The notes under the pieces are model-generated. The model worked only from the letters and a program-made list of their open reading frames with translations. It was not told where the DNA came from and did no database searches. The position numbers and the translations under genes are program-made. DNA of 64,000 nt, taken from Lama guanicoe. Lineage: Eukaryota. The stretch lies in NCBI GenBank assembly GCA_013239625.1, contig MU053594.1, positions 838,536-902,535 of the forward strand, written 5' to 3'. This document shows positions 24,201 through 37,345 of this stretch, one piece after another. How positions within the stretch are numbered: the first letter of the stretch is position 1; each line of letters begins with the position of its first letter.

Positions 24201-26416
24201 GAAGCTCCCACCAGGCCTACTCAGCATGGGGATGTGATAAACCCCAGGGCTGCAAACATTCCAACCAGAGATATGTTGAAATATGCAATCTGTGAATCCA
24301 AGGCAGCCAGGAAAACACATCCTAGGATCTGCTTGAGATAACACATTTTGTGATCTCGCCAGTGACCCCAACCACACTGTCAGACAAGAACGTCTACCCA
24401 GAAGTTTGGAGGAGATGCGGTAGGACTGTAAATTCCAACCTTCCAAAGCCAAGTTTATCATTCCTGGTGAACCCACACAGGAGATCACTGGCATGCCCTT
24501 CCACACGTTAATTTTTCATTGAGGAGGCAACTCTCATAAAAGCTTGATGGACAAACGTCCCTCAACAGTCTGGGAAATAAATGGTGTTTTTTTTTTTTTT
24601 AATGGTACAATGGAAACATTTGGAAAGCATTTGTTGTATCTGCCTTTAGGAATTTGTTGAGCTAAAGTTGGCGCCATCTCAGTGACCACAGAGAAAAAAA
24701 CCACATAAATTAAACATACAAAAAACAAACAATGGGGCAATTTACAGATGTCTCCTATCTTAAGCTGTAGCTCGGAAAGAAAATTAATCTGTGCAGAACC
24801 CCGTAACACCTCCCTTGAAAATCATGGAGTGTTCTGTGTTTCTCCTTCCCAGACCAGTGGGTGTTCTCAGAGGTGGCGTTGGGATGTGACCTCAGAAAAG
24901 CAGATGGTTTTTCAAGATGTCAGAGAATTGGATGGTGGTCAAACAGGGCTTCACTTACTCTTTTGTAAAATGTAACAATTCAATCAATCGTGGTAGAAAC
25001 AGCTTTGATGAGCTGTAGGACGTCTAGCATCCTTTTCAACCTTGGGCTACTTCCTTGTACTAACTCTTCAGCGCAATCAAAGCAGAATCGAATGTTGGGT
25101 AACACAAGGAACCTTCACCACACACCTTTTTCTAAAAGGCTGCCCAGCACCCTTCCTAAACCTTTATCCCTCTCAAGGGCCAGCCCTGTCTTTGATCTCT
25201 GCACCCCTGGGGACCAGCCCCATTCTTGGCACATAACTGGGCTACACACAGTTGATGAAAGGATCTGAATGGATCCACTGTGACCTCTGGATTCCCAGCT
25301 CTGCATTCTTGCCATTCGAGTCTGCTCATGAGATCCTGTTCTACGAAGACATGTTGTATTTTATCAAAAACACCAGTGTCTGGTGGTTGTTAACCAACAC
25401 CTCCATCCTTATAATCTTTACTCACTCACTTCCTCTTCTACCTGCTTACCAGCTTCTCCATTGCCTCCAGGTTACCTAAACAGCATTCTCATTTTCATCA
25501 CTCTGACTGCTTTCTTCCTCCCCCTTTCTTGTATTTTTATCTATTCATATTTACATATTTGCATATATGTGTCGGGTTTTAAATATAGGGACATAAATAT
25601 GGGAACAGATAAGGAAGGAGTATGACCGGTGTTTTTTCACTATGCCAGATGATATGAAGAAACATACAAACAAGCCTATCCCATTATTTCTCCAAATGAA
25701 GGTAAAGAGAAAAGCTCACTGATTCATCCCTTTCAGTGTCCTAACTGCCTTACTACCCAGACTCTAGTCCCAGACCCGGGGCGTATATAGGCTGATTCTC
25801 TAGAAGCTTAGGCTTGGCCTAGGTCTAAAACCAAATCACACATGTGGTATATTGAAATATACCATCCCTCTTATTGAGAAATGGGGTCCGATGTGCAAAA
25901 CTCCTAAATCAGAAGAGCGTTCTACACGGTGAATAAAACTGTGGGCAAGTCAATGACGTGCATGTGAGCAGCCGGGCAAAGTTTCCCAACTAGGGGTGAT
26001 GTAGGCGATTCAAGTGTTTTCCAAATTGTTACAAAATGCACGACTCCCATTCCACTCCTTGCCACCTTCATTCAAACAGTACACACAGCCTCCATCTCTT
26101 GGGCCAAGGGTTATTGTGGGGCTGTCATTCACAAATCAACACAACTGGTAAACTCTATTAAGCTTCCATCAACTCCTCGTGTTGCATTAGAGACCTCAGT
26201 CAACCTTTTCACAACAACTGTAAAACGTCTCCAGATGGTTAACACAGCACATCAAAGTTAGTATTCAAAGGCTGCAGTTAGTCTAAGGAATACAGATCTC
26301 CCACAAGGGCATGACATCACCTAGCAACCTCAGTTGCCCAGGCACCTATGAAGACTTTTATTTTGTAGGGGCTGCAAGAAGGAAGCCTCTTTGGGGCCCC
26401 AACTGATGTGCTAACA

Positions 26417-26418
<2 letters not shown>

Positions 26419-26458
<40 letters not shown>
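26419..26458. repeat. (AC)20 microsatellite
   Basis: Perfect AC run. Confidence 0.97.
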
Positions 26459-26460
<2 letters not shown>

Positions 26461-27931
26461 AACCTTCTCCAGTAGATGCAAAGGCTCTGTTCCCTACGGA
26501 TGGAGCCGTAGTTGGTGGTGGGCCTGGAGTGAGAGCAAGTGTGAACATAACACTTGTACTCCCACCTGTGATGGACTCCACGCAGAGCAGGCTTTCTTGC
26601 TGGGATTCCTCGACCCTAATCTGCCTTCCATGTTGCATCTTTCTCTTCACCTCCATTTCCTTACCTTATTTCTGTTTCTTTGCCTTAGTGAAATTATGAA
26701 TGGGACCGATATCTCTATAGCACATGCAAGTTAAAAAAAAAAAACCGAAAAAACTAAGCCAGATGTGAAAATTTTCACATTTCCAAATTTACAGTATCTT
26801 TAAAGTCTGTGCCAGCCAAGGCTGATTAGAAGAGCTGCGTGGGGACTGCTCCATGCCTCTGGGCTCAGGAGGACCAGACGGGCTGCAGCATGAGCCGGGA
26901 GGACCAGGGTACAGGATGACTAGCTCCAGTGCACCTGAGACCTCTCTTCCAGGAGTCACAGCCCTTCCTGTTGACTTCATTTGCCAGAACAAATCACTAC
27001 CACAGGTGTTTTCCTCTTTCTTTCTTTTTTTTTTTCTTTTTCTATTTTCACTAAACCCTCACAAATTTATTTTCAGATGCAAAGAACCTTTCTGTACAAG
27101 CTGTGCTCCTTTGCATAAACATTACTAAATGTAATTGAGGTTGCTTAGAGATATCTGGTGTTTGGTGGGGAAAAGGAGTCAGCTCTGGAAGAGAAATCTC
27201 AGTGAGATCTCACTAAGTGTGAAACGGATCAGTCAAGAGGAACTGAGGGGCCATGGGTCTGCAGGGCCACTGCAGGGAAACTCCTCCCTGACCCCCAGCT
27301 CCCCAGTAGGGTCTTCTCAGTTGCTCTGGCTCTGTTAAGAAGGATAGGGTTGCCAGAAAATCTTCTGAAGGAGATACATATATATATATATATGATTTTC
27401 AATTTGTAGTCTCCTAGATCAAAGCAGACCATAATAAGAACTGCATTGTCTAGTTAAAGGCATTATTTTGCTGCATGGGACACACAGCATTTTACACTAA
27501 CACACTGACAAATGCAACATACCACTGATTTTTTTTTTTTAACATTAAGTACATTCATTGAGGCTAAGGGATGATGTGGGGGAAGCGGCCTCTGGCATTC
27601 AGCTAGCCAGAAGCAACAATCCAAGTTCAGAGACTGACTTTCTGACTTCACCCCGTGCACCATCTCTAACCCACAGTAATCCATTGCCCCAGACCAGTGC
27701 CATGGGGCTGACTCCCAGGGCTGGTGGGTTCCTTCCATGGGCCTTGTGCATTCTATTCTCTCCTATTCTAGAGATAAAAAACAAGTCAAGGCTCTGAAAG
27801 ATAAATTCAAGAACATAACCCTTGAACCAGGGGAAAAAAAAATGAACCTAAATGGAGATTTTTGTCCCCCCTCCGCCATAGCCTTTCCAGCATATCACGC
27901 TGCCCCTAAAATGTGTATGTTTCAAGAAATG

Positions 27932-28134
27932 ATAACTACTATATATAAAAATAGATTAAAAAACCAATTTCTTCTGTACAGCACAGGGAACTATACTCAG
28001 TATCTTGTAATAACCTTTAATTAAAAAGAATATGAAAATGAATATATGTATGTATCTGTATGACTGGAACATTTTGATATACACCAGAAGTTGACACACT
28101 GTAACTGACTATACTTCAATTAAAAACAAAAAAA
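27932..28134 (+). mobile_element. 5'-truncated LINE-1 3' end with A-tail and TSD
   Basis: ctgtacagcacagggaactatactcagtatcttgtaataacctttaa...acaccagaagttgacacactgtaactgactatacttcaat plus an A-rich tail. TSD aagaaatg (27924-27931 / 28135-28142). Confidence 0.9.
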
Positions 28135-29402
28135 AAGAAATGTGCTAATATCGGTTACGCATTTTCCACCCCATACATAACTAAGTGCTCCATGCCCATT
28201 CCAGCCCACCATGGGGGCGATTTGCACCATTCTTTTTATTGTACCACCAGGGCTGAGGTCCAGGGAAGCAATTCAAATTAGACCCCAGGTTTATGGAGAT
28301 TCTTAACATAGTTATAAATATTCAAATCAGGGCTGGATCTTGGCAGAATTTTTCTAATTAAAATTTCATTCAAATTAAATCAGCCACATTTTGACAGACA
28401 CAGGACACAAAAAGTGCTTTGTGGTTTCATGAGGGTTTTTTTTTTCCTGCAACGAATCAAAAACATGGCTAATGTAATAAGAAAGGGGAAAGGACTTTAT
28501 CCATGTGATGATGGTTACGTGTGAGCCGTGAAGGGACGGTGCAACCAGAAACCATTACCTTCCCAAACTCACATCACTTAAAAATGGCCTATTACTTAAA
28601 AAATCTGAAACTCGACAGACCCTCCGTGGAGGCAGGAGCCACCACAGAGTAAAACTTGACAACATCAGGGGAAAACTATTCAACATCATTTGCATCTCAG
28701 TTCGATCCCAGATCAAGGCTTCAAAACACAGCTGCCAGGTTCACATTTGCAAATACAGATACAAATTTCCTTTTTATAACAGTCAGACTTGTAAAAGGCA
28801 AACAAAATAGACAATGCAGCACTTAGAACACTTCCAGCTCAGAAGGAAAAAAAAAAAAACATTCCAAGATCCAAAGCAAAATACCTACTTTTCATGGTAA
28901 AACAGCTTCATTCATTTCCACTTCCTTCACCGAACACAATTTCAACTCCACATAATTTTTGCTATCAACCCCTCTCCCACAGACTGTAACAGCTAAAATG
29001 CCAGTCTGTCTCCAACATAATTAAACAAAATGTGCAATCTTCTTGAATCTGTGAATAAACAGTATAAGGCAAAATAAAAGACCCGGACAAAAGAACATAG
29101 CGAGATCAATCCTCAAGCTATAATATCCTGACATCCCGCCAAGGAGTTCTCACAGGATCCATTGCGGCGCGGAAAATAATAATCCCGAAGCACAATGAGG
29201 ACAAGGTTGTTGGCGGCGAGGCTGCTGGAAGTACAGGTGAGGACACTTATTTGGAATGTGGAGGGGATAAGTGAGACAAGACAGCTTTGATGGCAGCTCC
29301 AAGAGTCAGCCGTGAGTCTGAAGACAGCCTGGGAGAAGTTCCAACAGCCCAGCCTGGACTGAAGGGGTTGATGATACTAAGGATCTAACGGAAGAGATGG
29401 GA

Positions 29403-29830
29403 TGTATTCGTCTGCCAGCTCTTCCAAAACTAAGTACCGCAAATGGAGTGGCTTAAACAACAGAAATTCCGAAATGCCTTGTCTCACGGTCTGAAGGCCA
29501 GAAGTTCAAGATCAAGGTGTCAGCAGGGCTGTGAGCCCTTGGAAGGTGCTGGGGAAGGATCTGTTCTGGGCTCTTCTGCTTGTCTCTGGTAGTTGCTTGG
29601 TTTAAGGCAGCGTAACTCCAGTCTTTATCTGGCGTTCTCCCTGTGCACGTGTCTGAGCCCACCTTTCCCCTCGTTATAAGGACACTAGTCATACTGCTTT
29701 AGGGGTCCACCAAATTCCAGTAGGATCTCATTTTAACTGAACTAATTACATCTATTTCCAAATAAAGTCAGAGGTACTGGGGGTTAGTATTCCGGCATAC
29801 GAATTTTGGGGGGTAGAGTTCAACTCACAA
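29403..29830 (-). mobile_element. MLT1 (ERVL-MaLR) solo LTR, MLT1B/C-like
   Basis: tgtatt...aagtaccgcaaatggagtggcttaaacaacagaaat...ctcacggtctgaaggccagaagttcaagatcaaggtgtcagcagggct...ttataaggacactagtcat...tttccaaataaagtca...gaggtactgggggttag is the reverse complement of an MLT1 LTR. Confidence 0.85.
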
Positions 29831-29992
29831 TGTGTACAAAGAAGATGGGTTGCCTAATCGGACAGTAAGTGATCATTAAATCCAATTCACTGTTAGCTGT
29901 GGGAGGGCAGTTAAGTTAGCCCCTACAACGATGCATCTCAAGCCACGTGCCTGCCCAAATTCCCCTTTGGGAACCAGTGTCGTCAGGATGGA

Positions 29993-30192
29993 CTGAGCAT
30001 GGTCTTTGCAGCTAGAGAGAACTGGATTCAAATTCTAGCCCTGCCACGTAAGAGCTGTGTGCTTCGGGACAAACTGTTTAACCACTCTGTTTCCTTCTCT
30101 GTAAAACAGAGATAAGAACTTCTATGTAACAGGTCTGTAGTAGGGATTACACAAGATAATATAAATAAAGCAAGCATCACATCTTGTAGCAC
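29993..30192 (+). mobile_element. MIR SINE
   Basis: ctggattcaaattctagccctgccacgtaagagctgtgtgcttcgggacaaactgtttaaccactctgtttccttctctgtaaaacagagataa. Confidence 0.8.
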
Positions 30193-33054
30193 AGGGGGGA
30201 ACCCACAATTCCTTCATCCACCTTCCCCACCCCTGCCCTGCTTCTCTCTTGAACCCTGCAACTTTCTGTGGAAAGCAATGCATCGGAAAATCAAGTCACT
30301 GCGTTTTACTTTTAATTATATCACTGCAGATTTTCTCAACACAAACACAACACCAACATCAGTCAGATTACCTGGCTCTTATTTACAGCATAAATAATTA
30401 TTTCAATGCAATTAGCTTTTAGCCATTTTGGAAGAGAAGCTGAATGACTTTTTTCCACCCTAGAGAGCTCTGATTCATGACTTCCAATGTCTATTCAATG
30501 TAGGACGAAATAAAAATGTCTTCTTTTTGCCCTTAGTGTTCTTGGTCGCTTTCTTTTATGAGCCAATAGGCCAGGGAGACGTGAAATAAAACCCAAAGCA
30601 GCAGCTTAAAGACGAAAAGGTAAAAAATGAAACAAAACACAACAAAGCAAAACAAGTAACAGGAACAAAAATCACCCTGTTCTTCCCCCACCATCCTCCC
30701 TGCTGCCCCCCACCCTGGACTGATTCGTCAGAGTGACTCTTCACATCATTTTGATCCTTGGAGATTTTTTTTTAAGAACATAAGTTTGCTTTTTAGACCC
30801 TCTTAACATCTGGTCAATGCATTTTTACATTTTAACCCTTTAAGGTTAAATAAGGATTAGACACTGAGCTTGACATCCCTTGCAAAATTATCTCTGTGAA
30901 TGAACAAACACGCATTACAATTTGGGGCTGAGAAGTGTCCTAGATGTAAGGTACAAGGGATGTCATCTGTCCTCTCTCCCTTCCAATGTTCCTGTGTTTT
31001 GCTTACTCGTTGTCACACACCTACTGTGCACTCTGTCCAGAAAACCAGTGAGGATGGGTGTGGCGAAAGGACAGTAATCCTGGTTTAAAAGGGGAGAGAA
31101 TTTTAATAGTGGGGAAAAACAGAGGTGAGAAAATGGAGACACATAAAAATGGAGACACCTGGATGTCAGAGAAAAGTTCTAGACATGTTATTTCTTTCCT
31201 CTTGGAAAGAACAACCAATCGAGGAAACAGACAAAGGAAACCAGGTTGTGAAAAGTATTTCCCAACCTCCTCCTAAAGAAACACCAACGTGAAATGAGAC
31301 TGAGACCAGTGACTTCGTGGAAACGGCAGTCACCTTACTTACACCCAAGACTTAGGACGAGGGAAAATATGTCGTCTGTTCTCCTATGTGATGTAAAACT
31401 CAAAATGACACATTTGTGAGGAGCAGCCACAGGGACAGAAGGAGGCAAGTTCTGGGTTTTTCCAAGCAAACAACTCTTCTCTGCGTTACTAACATGGAGC
31501 CAATCTGCACTACTGGTTTCATACGGGGCGGAAGTTCAACACTCATCATCTGACCAACAGAGACAAGCGGAAGTGATCTGCTAGTGTTGAACCTGGGTAA
31601 ACAAAGGTCTGTCTAGCTGCCTGTTAAACCGCATAAACAATTGTTTCCAGTTTCTGATTTTGATATATGGTTGGTATCAAATAGGTCAGTCTTGTCTTAG
31701 GTTTCCCAAGCTGGTTGTTATTTCTGTAAAGCAATCCAGCGAAGAGCAAAAAAAAAAAAAAAAAAAAAAAGAGAGAGTGGGAGAGAGAATCTTTGCTCTC
31801 CACTTTAATAGCACACAGGAACATTTATGTTCTGCCTCCAAGTTCATGCAGTAAGGGTCTCTTTAGTATCCCATAATAACTCCATTAAAAAGCTTAAGCT
31901 TAATCACACAGTCAACATTTTCCGGTGGAATTGGTTCCCCGGGTCCGCCCTCTGTCTCCCCACCCCAACCCCGCCTGCCTCTGGGTTCCCAACTCGGACC
32001 TCACACAAGTGACACATTTCCCATTGATTAAAAAACGCTGTTAGTGCAACTTTCCTACCATCCGTGGTTACACGGAATTAACTCAGCATTGCAACAAAAG
32101 GAACTGGATCAAACTGCTTTACAATGTTTGGTAAGAAACAGGATTTCTTCCCACTGTGTACAGACTAAACCAGGAGCAGCAGGACTGATCTGAGAAGTTA
32201 ATAACACATCTCAAACAGAAGTGGGAGAAAGTACATTAATTACTAGGTAATGGATATCAGCACCGCAACTAACTACAATTACAAATGCTTAAGTGATGCA
32301 GGGTGTAAACTGATCTTGGAGAACACATGGTGTCCTTTCTTTTTTTTTTTCTCAGGCGCGTTATGTGGGGATGCACCGAGCCCCAGAGATGAGCTAGTTC
32401 TGATGCCTTTAGCAGGGAGGCTGCCACGACTAGGGAGGAACCGTCCAGGTCTCTCTCTCCAAATACCAGATGTGAGCTGGAATTCCAAACCTGTATTTAC
32501 AAAAGCAATAAAAGTGAACAAGAGACCAAATACAAACAGACCGCAAGACTTTGGCTCTCAAAATGCAGACTGATGCACTGTGTTGTACGCAGCGCCTCTG
32601 CACAAGGCAATGTTTTCCAAAGAAACTCCTTCAAATGATTTGAATTAACTTGATTATCCAGCCTAAACTGGAAGAAGCCTTACTTGTCCGATTCAATTTT
32701 AAACACGAGTCTGAATTCAATTCCATTTCCTTTTCCATCCGGAAAAATGTGTACTGTGAAATTCTGACTTCATAGGCCAGTCAGAAGATAAATTATCTGC
32801 ACAGTTTCCAAAGAAGTTATCTAAGAGGTGCCTAAAGATCAAATCTGATTTTCAAAGGTGAAGAAAAACAGTTTGGTTTTTGGATAAAAACGACACCCCC
32901 CGCCCCCACCCCGGCTCCCATGCTGTATTATGAAACCACAGCAAACTGGTCACATTTTATCAGTTCCAGAAAAGTCTGCTTATAAACCTTGACACAGTGC
33001 CAGGAATTAAGTCCCACCCACATTTTGGGTTTGAGTTGTGTGAACCCTGGGCAG

Positions 33055-33170
33055 AAGCCGCCCCCTAGGTGGTGAGGATGCAGGGACCGCCCCCTCCAGC
33101 CCGGACACGGACCCAGCGGCCCCCTCGCACCCTCCGGCCTCCTCTAGCTCCGCCCCCACCTCCCAGGGGC
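33055..33170. promoter_or_regulatory. GC-box / CTCF-like cluster
   Basis: Repeated ccgccccct motifs. The minus strand reads CCACCTAGGGGGCGGC, close to the CTCF core. Confidence 0.35.
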
Positions 33171-35479
33171 CTGGCTCCAGCTGCGAAGTTTGGAACTGAG
33201 GCTTTTGAGCAATCCCTTAATGTTGAGCAAGGGTTTGGTAAAAACTTTTCTTTTTAATTAAAAAACCATCTTGCTGCTCTGAAATACTGGACAGGAGTCA
33301 CCATGTTAAGTGGCACTTGCCCTCGCAGGGAAGCCTTTGGGAAGTGACCAGGGCCACTGTGTGTTACCAAAGTCAACCTGTGTCAGGGGGTTTCGGGGAG
33401 CAGTCCTGGAAGGTATCCCCTTACAGCACCCGACTGTGGGGTGCTATGACGCTGCTTGTAAGCCATTCAGAAACATGGTATTTTTTCCAAGAATGACAGT
33501 AAGGAAGCTCAGAATATACACATACAAAGGATATATCTGAGACCAGTGATTAACAGAAAAAGCCCTGGGTTCTGACTTCTTTATAGGGATGCATTCCTGA
33601 CAGCTCCTCTGATGACGGAAGGCTCAAGACTGTGTACTTAGCTTGTCCTGTGTGCTGAACAAGAGTCATCAATACTGCAACCCTCTTTAAAAGCAAGTCA
33701 AAATCCACCACATCAAATTCCCAAGTGCCAGAAATAAAATATGTGCTGACTGAATGAAGGAATGAATGGGTAAATACAATAAAATCTGATCTAGTCCACT
33801 TGAACTTGTGCATTACTAAAACGTACTTAAAATGATTATATTGATAGTTCCTTTTTTGTTGCTGGTTTTTGCCTGTGTGTATGTGTATATACATATTGCA
33901 ATATGTGTATATATATATCTATAACAAAACTCTTATACAGTAAATAGCACAGAATCTACATTTTTGGTCCGGCGATGACTGTGTTTGCTAGAGGCAGAAC
34001 TCCAGATTTCCTTCTATGACAAGTTATGTGTCATGAATCTCAGGAAATGAAAGGCTCCCTCATTACCTCACAAGGTCATGATTTGTTTTCATCATTTAGC
34101 GAAGTACAGGCATCAGAACCCCCTGCGCCAGCGCTGCCTACTACTCCTTGTGCTCTGTCGTCACCTATCATACACCGCTGATCACGTCACCCTTCAAACA
34201 ATTGGTGCTTCAGGCAAATGCATGTGCTTCATAGGTGAGAAAATGGAGACTGAGAAAGGCTAAGATGACCCGCCCTAGGTCACGCAGCCGGTCCACTGCA
34301 TCTGTAATTGCGCAGCAGCGGGCTCACTGACGTGGAGATACGCTGTACCCACTGGTGGGCACTGTATTCGACGATGTGGTTTTGTGTGGCTTTTCAGGGT
34401 CCTTCTGCAAATTCTTTCCCCAGATCCTGCCCTTAGCAACCAAGCTGCAAGGCCTTGGGAGACCAGGACTGTGGCAGTTACCCAAGTCACCCCCTTCCTC
34501 CTGCCACTGTCTTTTTGCTATTTTTTTTCTGATCATTATCACCTCCCCCAGGGAGAAGGCAGAGGATATGCAAAGGCATGGAGCTGAATTAGTCAGTTTC
34601 GCTACTTAGGAGCCACAGAAGCAGGGGAACAGGAAGGAAGGCAGTGCAGCTAACAGTGGTCTTCTCTGTGCTGGCGCTGAGCTGCCAGGGAGAAATCCAG
34701 ATGGCGGGGGCATCCCTCGAGCGGACGGGGCCAGAAGCTGCCTTGTTCATTACATGGCGGATGACAGGCTCGCAAGGATGTGGGAGAGTATTCCACACAG
34801 ACAATGGTCCAGTCGGCGGGTGGGAGTCGAAGGCTCCCCAGATCCCGGCTCCGACCAGATGTCTCCGAAATTTACATCTCATTCTCGGGAAAGTGGTTTT
34901 TAAAAATTAACTATGGGTCTGAAAAGTGGTGATTCTTAGTATTTCCCAGGCTTTACTGCTTGCAGGACAGACTGAGGGCCTGTGGCACCATGAGCCTGGA
35001 GACCACATCTCAAGATTTTGGATCTTATAGCTCTAAAGGGGACCTTAGAAACCATCTTTCTGAACGAGTGTTTCTGGGAGCATGTGGCCTCACCCACATC
35101 CATCCAAGTGGGAAAGATGGTCTTGTTTAACTTTCCTCTTTTCTTTCTTTTTTTTAAAAAAACAAGGTAAAAGCATAAATGATTCTTAATCATTCTAATT
35201 TTAACATCTAATTCTGTTTATTTTCTTCAGACCATTGATTCAGACTTTCTTTCTTTTTCCTCTCTCCTTTTTTACCCACCACGATGGTAAAATGTAAAAC
35301 TAGCTTTTCTGTTTATATTTAAAGGAAATACACAGTCAAGTTATGGGTAGTTATTTTGTTAAAAATCGAAGGTATCGACTTTAGGAACCATAAAAGCAGC
35401 AGCGAGGACAGTACTCCATATTCCCACTTACCTGCTGACCAAGGATAAATGACAAGATGCTGTCAGCTGTAAGGAGATG

Positions 35480-35900
35480 CTCGTCCTATGTCAGCCCTGA
35501 TCATCTTAGTTGTGGACAATTTTAAAAGCTGCCCAGCTGGCCTCTCTGTTTCTGGTTTCTTACCCCTTCACTCAGTGCTATATACGCTATGTCTGTGGTG
35601 TGGATCTTTACGAGAAACCATCTTGGTCTTCTATCCAGCAAGTATCCGTTATCCTCCACGGCCATCAGAAAATAAGTCCATAAACAAACCACTAAACAGA
35701 AACAAAACAAGCCCTCTAAGTTCCCAGACCTTCTCCAAGCTGGCTGTATTTTATCTTTCAGACTTGATTTTCCTACATAAATTCTCCTTGTCAACTAGTT
35801 TGCCAAACTCACCGTCACCTCTAAATGTCTTCATGCTTCCCCACTCACGAGGTTTTGTTCATTCAGTTATTTCCATATACCTCTTGGTCAGCCTGCTCCT
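35480..35900 (+). mobile_element. L2 LINE fragment (degraded)
   Basis: gccctgatcatcttagttgtggacaatttt...ctggcctctctgtttctgg...ccagaccttctccaagctggc resembles the L2 3' region. Confidence 0.5.
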
Positions 35901-37172
35901 CTTATTTCTCAGTCACTCTGTCTTGTGGAAGGAAGGCCCCCGGCGGTGCTGGGGCGGGGGTGCTGACCCCAGTGGGGTTATTTCACAGCTGCCTTTCTCA
36001 AGCTTCTGTTGTCGGAGAAACTTCCACGAACACACTTCGCCCTTGTTGGCAGTGAGGAAGCAGTGGGTCCCCTTCTCCATCACTAATTCACAGCACAGGT
36101 GCTAAGTGCAGGCTGTACATCTTACACACCAGAGGCATCTGGTCTAATGCAATGCATCTCCATGCGAGGAACTGGTGGCGCCGCATTCAGCCTGGGGAGA
36201 CACCACACCACTCCACACTGAGGTCTACCGTGCCCAGTATCAGGTCCAGGATGACCTCGGGTGCAGTGAGGGGAGGTGCCCTATGACCTCATCCAGTGGC
36301 CATATGGACGGTCCTACAGATCTCTCCCCCTACCCCCGTAGTGCCCTGCAATTACCTTTGGAAACACCTCTCAAGCTTTTGCTAGCTTACTCTTTTTTCT
36401 CTGCCTAATCTTGTACTCTAGGATGCCAAGGTCAGTGAATTTTCCCACAGCTGTGTACACCCAGCCCTTGGCACAGTGCCTGGCATATTAATGGATCTTA
36501 TGACTTTAGGGCAACTAAACCCTGTCATTTTCTCTCTAGATCTTAGCCTGAGCAAAACTTTTCCTTAACTCTATTCTAGATTTTCACTTCTGATCCAGCT
36601 TTTGGCCCATGACAAGAGGAATGCTCAAATTATGGCCTTCCCTCTGGGTAAGCAAGGGGCCCTGCCTACGGGCCTCTCTGGGTCTGGACACATCCTTTCT
36701 TTGTGAATACAGCCTCTCGTAGGAGAGATGCCTCGTCTCTGACAAGTTATTTTCCATGCAGCTCACAACAGCTTCCAAGAGCAAAGCCTCAGACCCAACC
36801 CTGAGCTTGCTGGCTTTGAGGACCAGTTCAACAGAGACAACCACAGAGGTCAAAAGTGCGACATTCTATCCTCGTGGGGGAAGAAAAAGTTGTAGCAGAA
36901 ACAAAAGCATTAAGTCCGCGTGACTGACCAGGATGCTGAGCCGACAATGATGCAAAACGGCAGCATGAGTTGGTTTTTTGTTTTCTTTTTTTCTCTCCAC
37001 TCTTTCAGCATGTTTGCAGTGTTTATTTCACAGAAAGATAAAGATATGCCACAGGCAAAGACAATGGCATCCCTGGCTCCCATCCCCAAGGATCTCCTCT
37101 GCTTCCCTCCAGCAGGAGAAGGTGGACAGGGTGTGAGGTTACAGGATGAAGCTGCAAGCAAGTTCTCCCAAA

Positions 37173-37345
37173 GCAGTGGCTCTCACCCTGGCTGTGTGTC
37201 AGAACCACACGGGGTTTGGGAAACACTGATGCCTGGACCCGACCCCTGGCCAGCTGAATCTGAGCATTCAGGGAGAGGGGCAGCGTTTGTAACTGCTCAC
37301 ATTCCCCAGGTAACTCTTACATGCTACTCGGGTTAAGGGCATCTT
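37173..37345. mobile_element. MER5-like hAT-Charlie MITE
   Basis: cagtggctctcaccctggctgtgtgtcagaaccac...aaacactgatgcctggaccc...ctgaatc...ttccccaggtaactct. Confidence 0.7.

Noticed and set aside
23937..24506. 189-aa minus-strand ORF
   Set aside because: No domain or splice support. ORFs of this length are expected by chance in 60 kb.
26763..26780. Perfect 18-bp palindrome atgtgaaaattttcacat
   Set aside because: About one AT-rich palindrome of this size is expected by chance in 64 kb, and there is no supporting context.
27201..27214. 14-bp palindrome agtgagatctcact
   Set aside because: Within chance expectation.
31130..31158. Direct repeat aaaatggagacac x2
   Set aside because: This is a simple local duplication with only two copies, not an array.
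35488..36105. 205-aa ORF
   Set aside because: It overlaps degraded L2 sequence, is S/L/F-rich from pyrimidine bias and has no recognisable domain.
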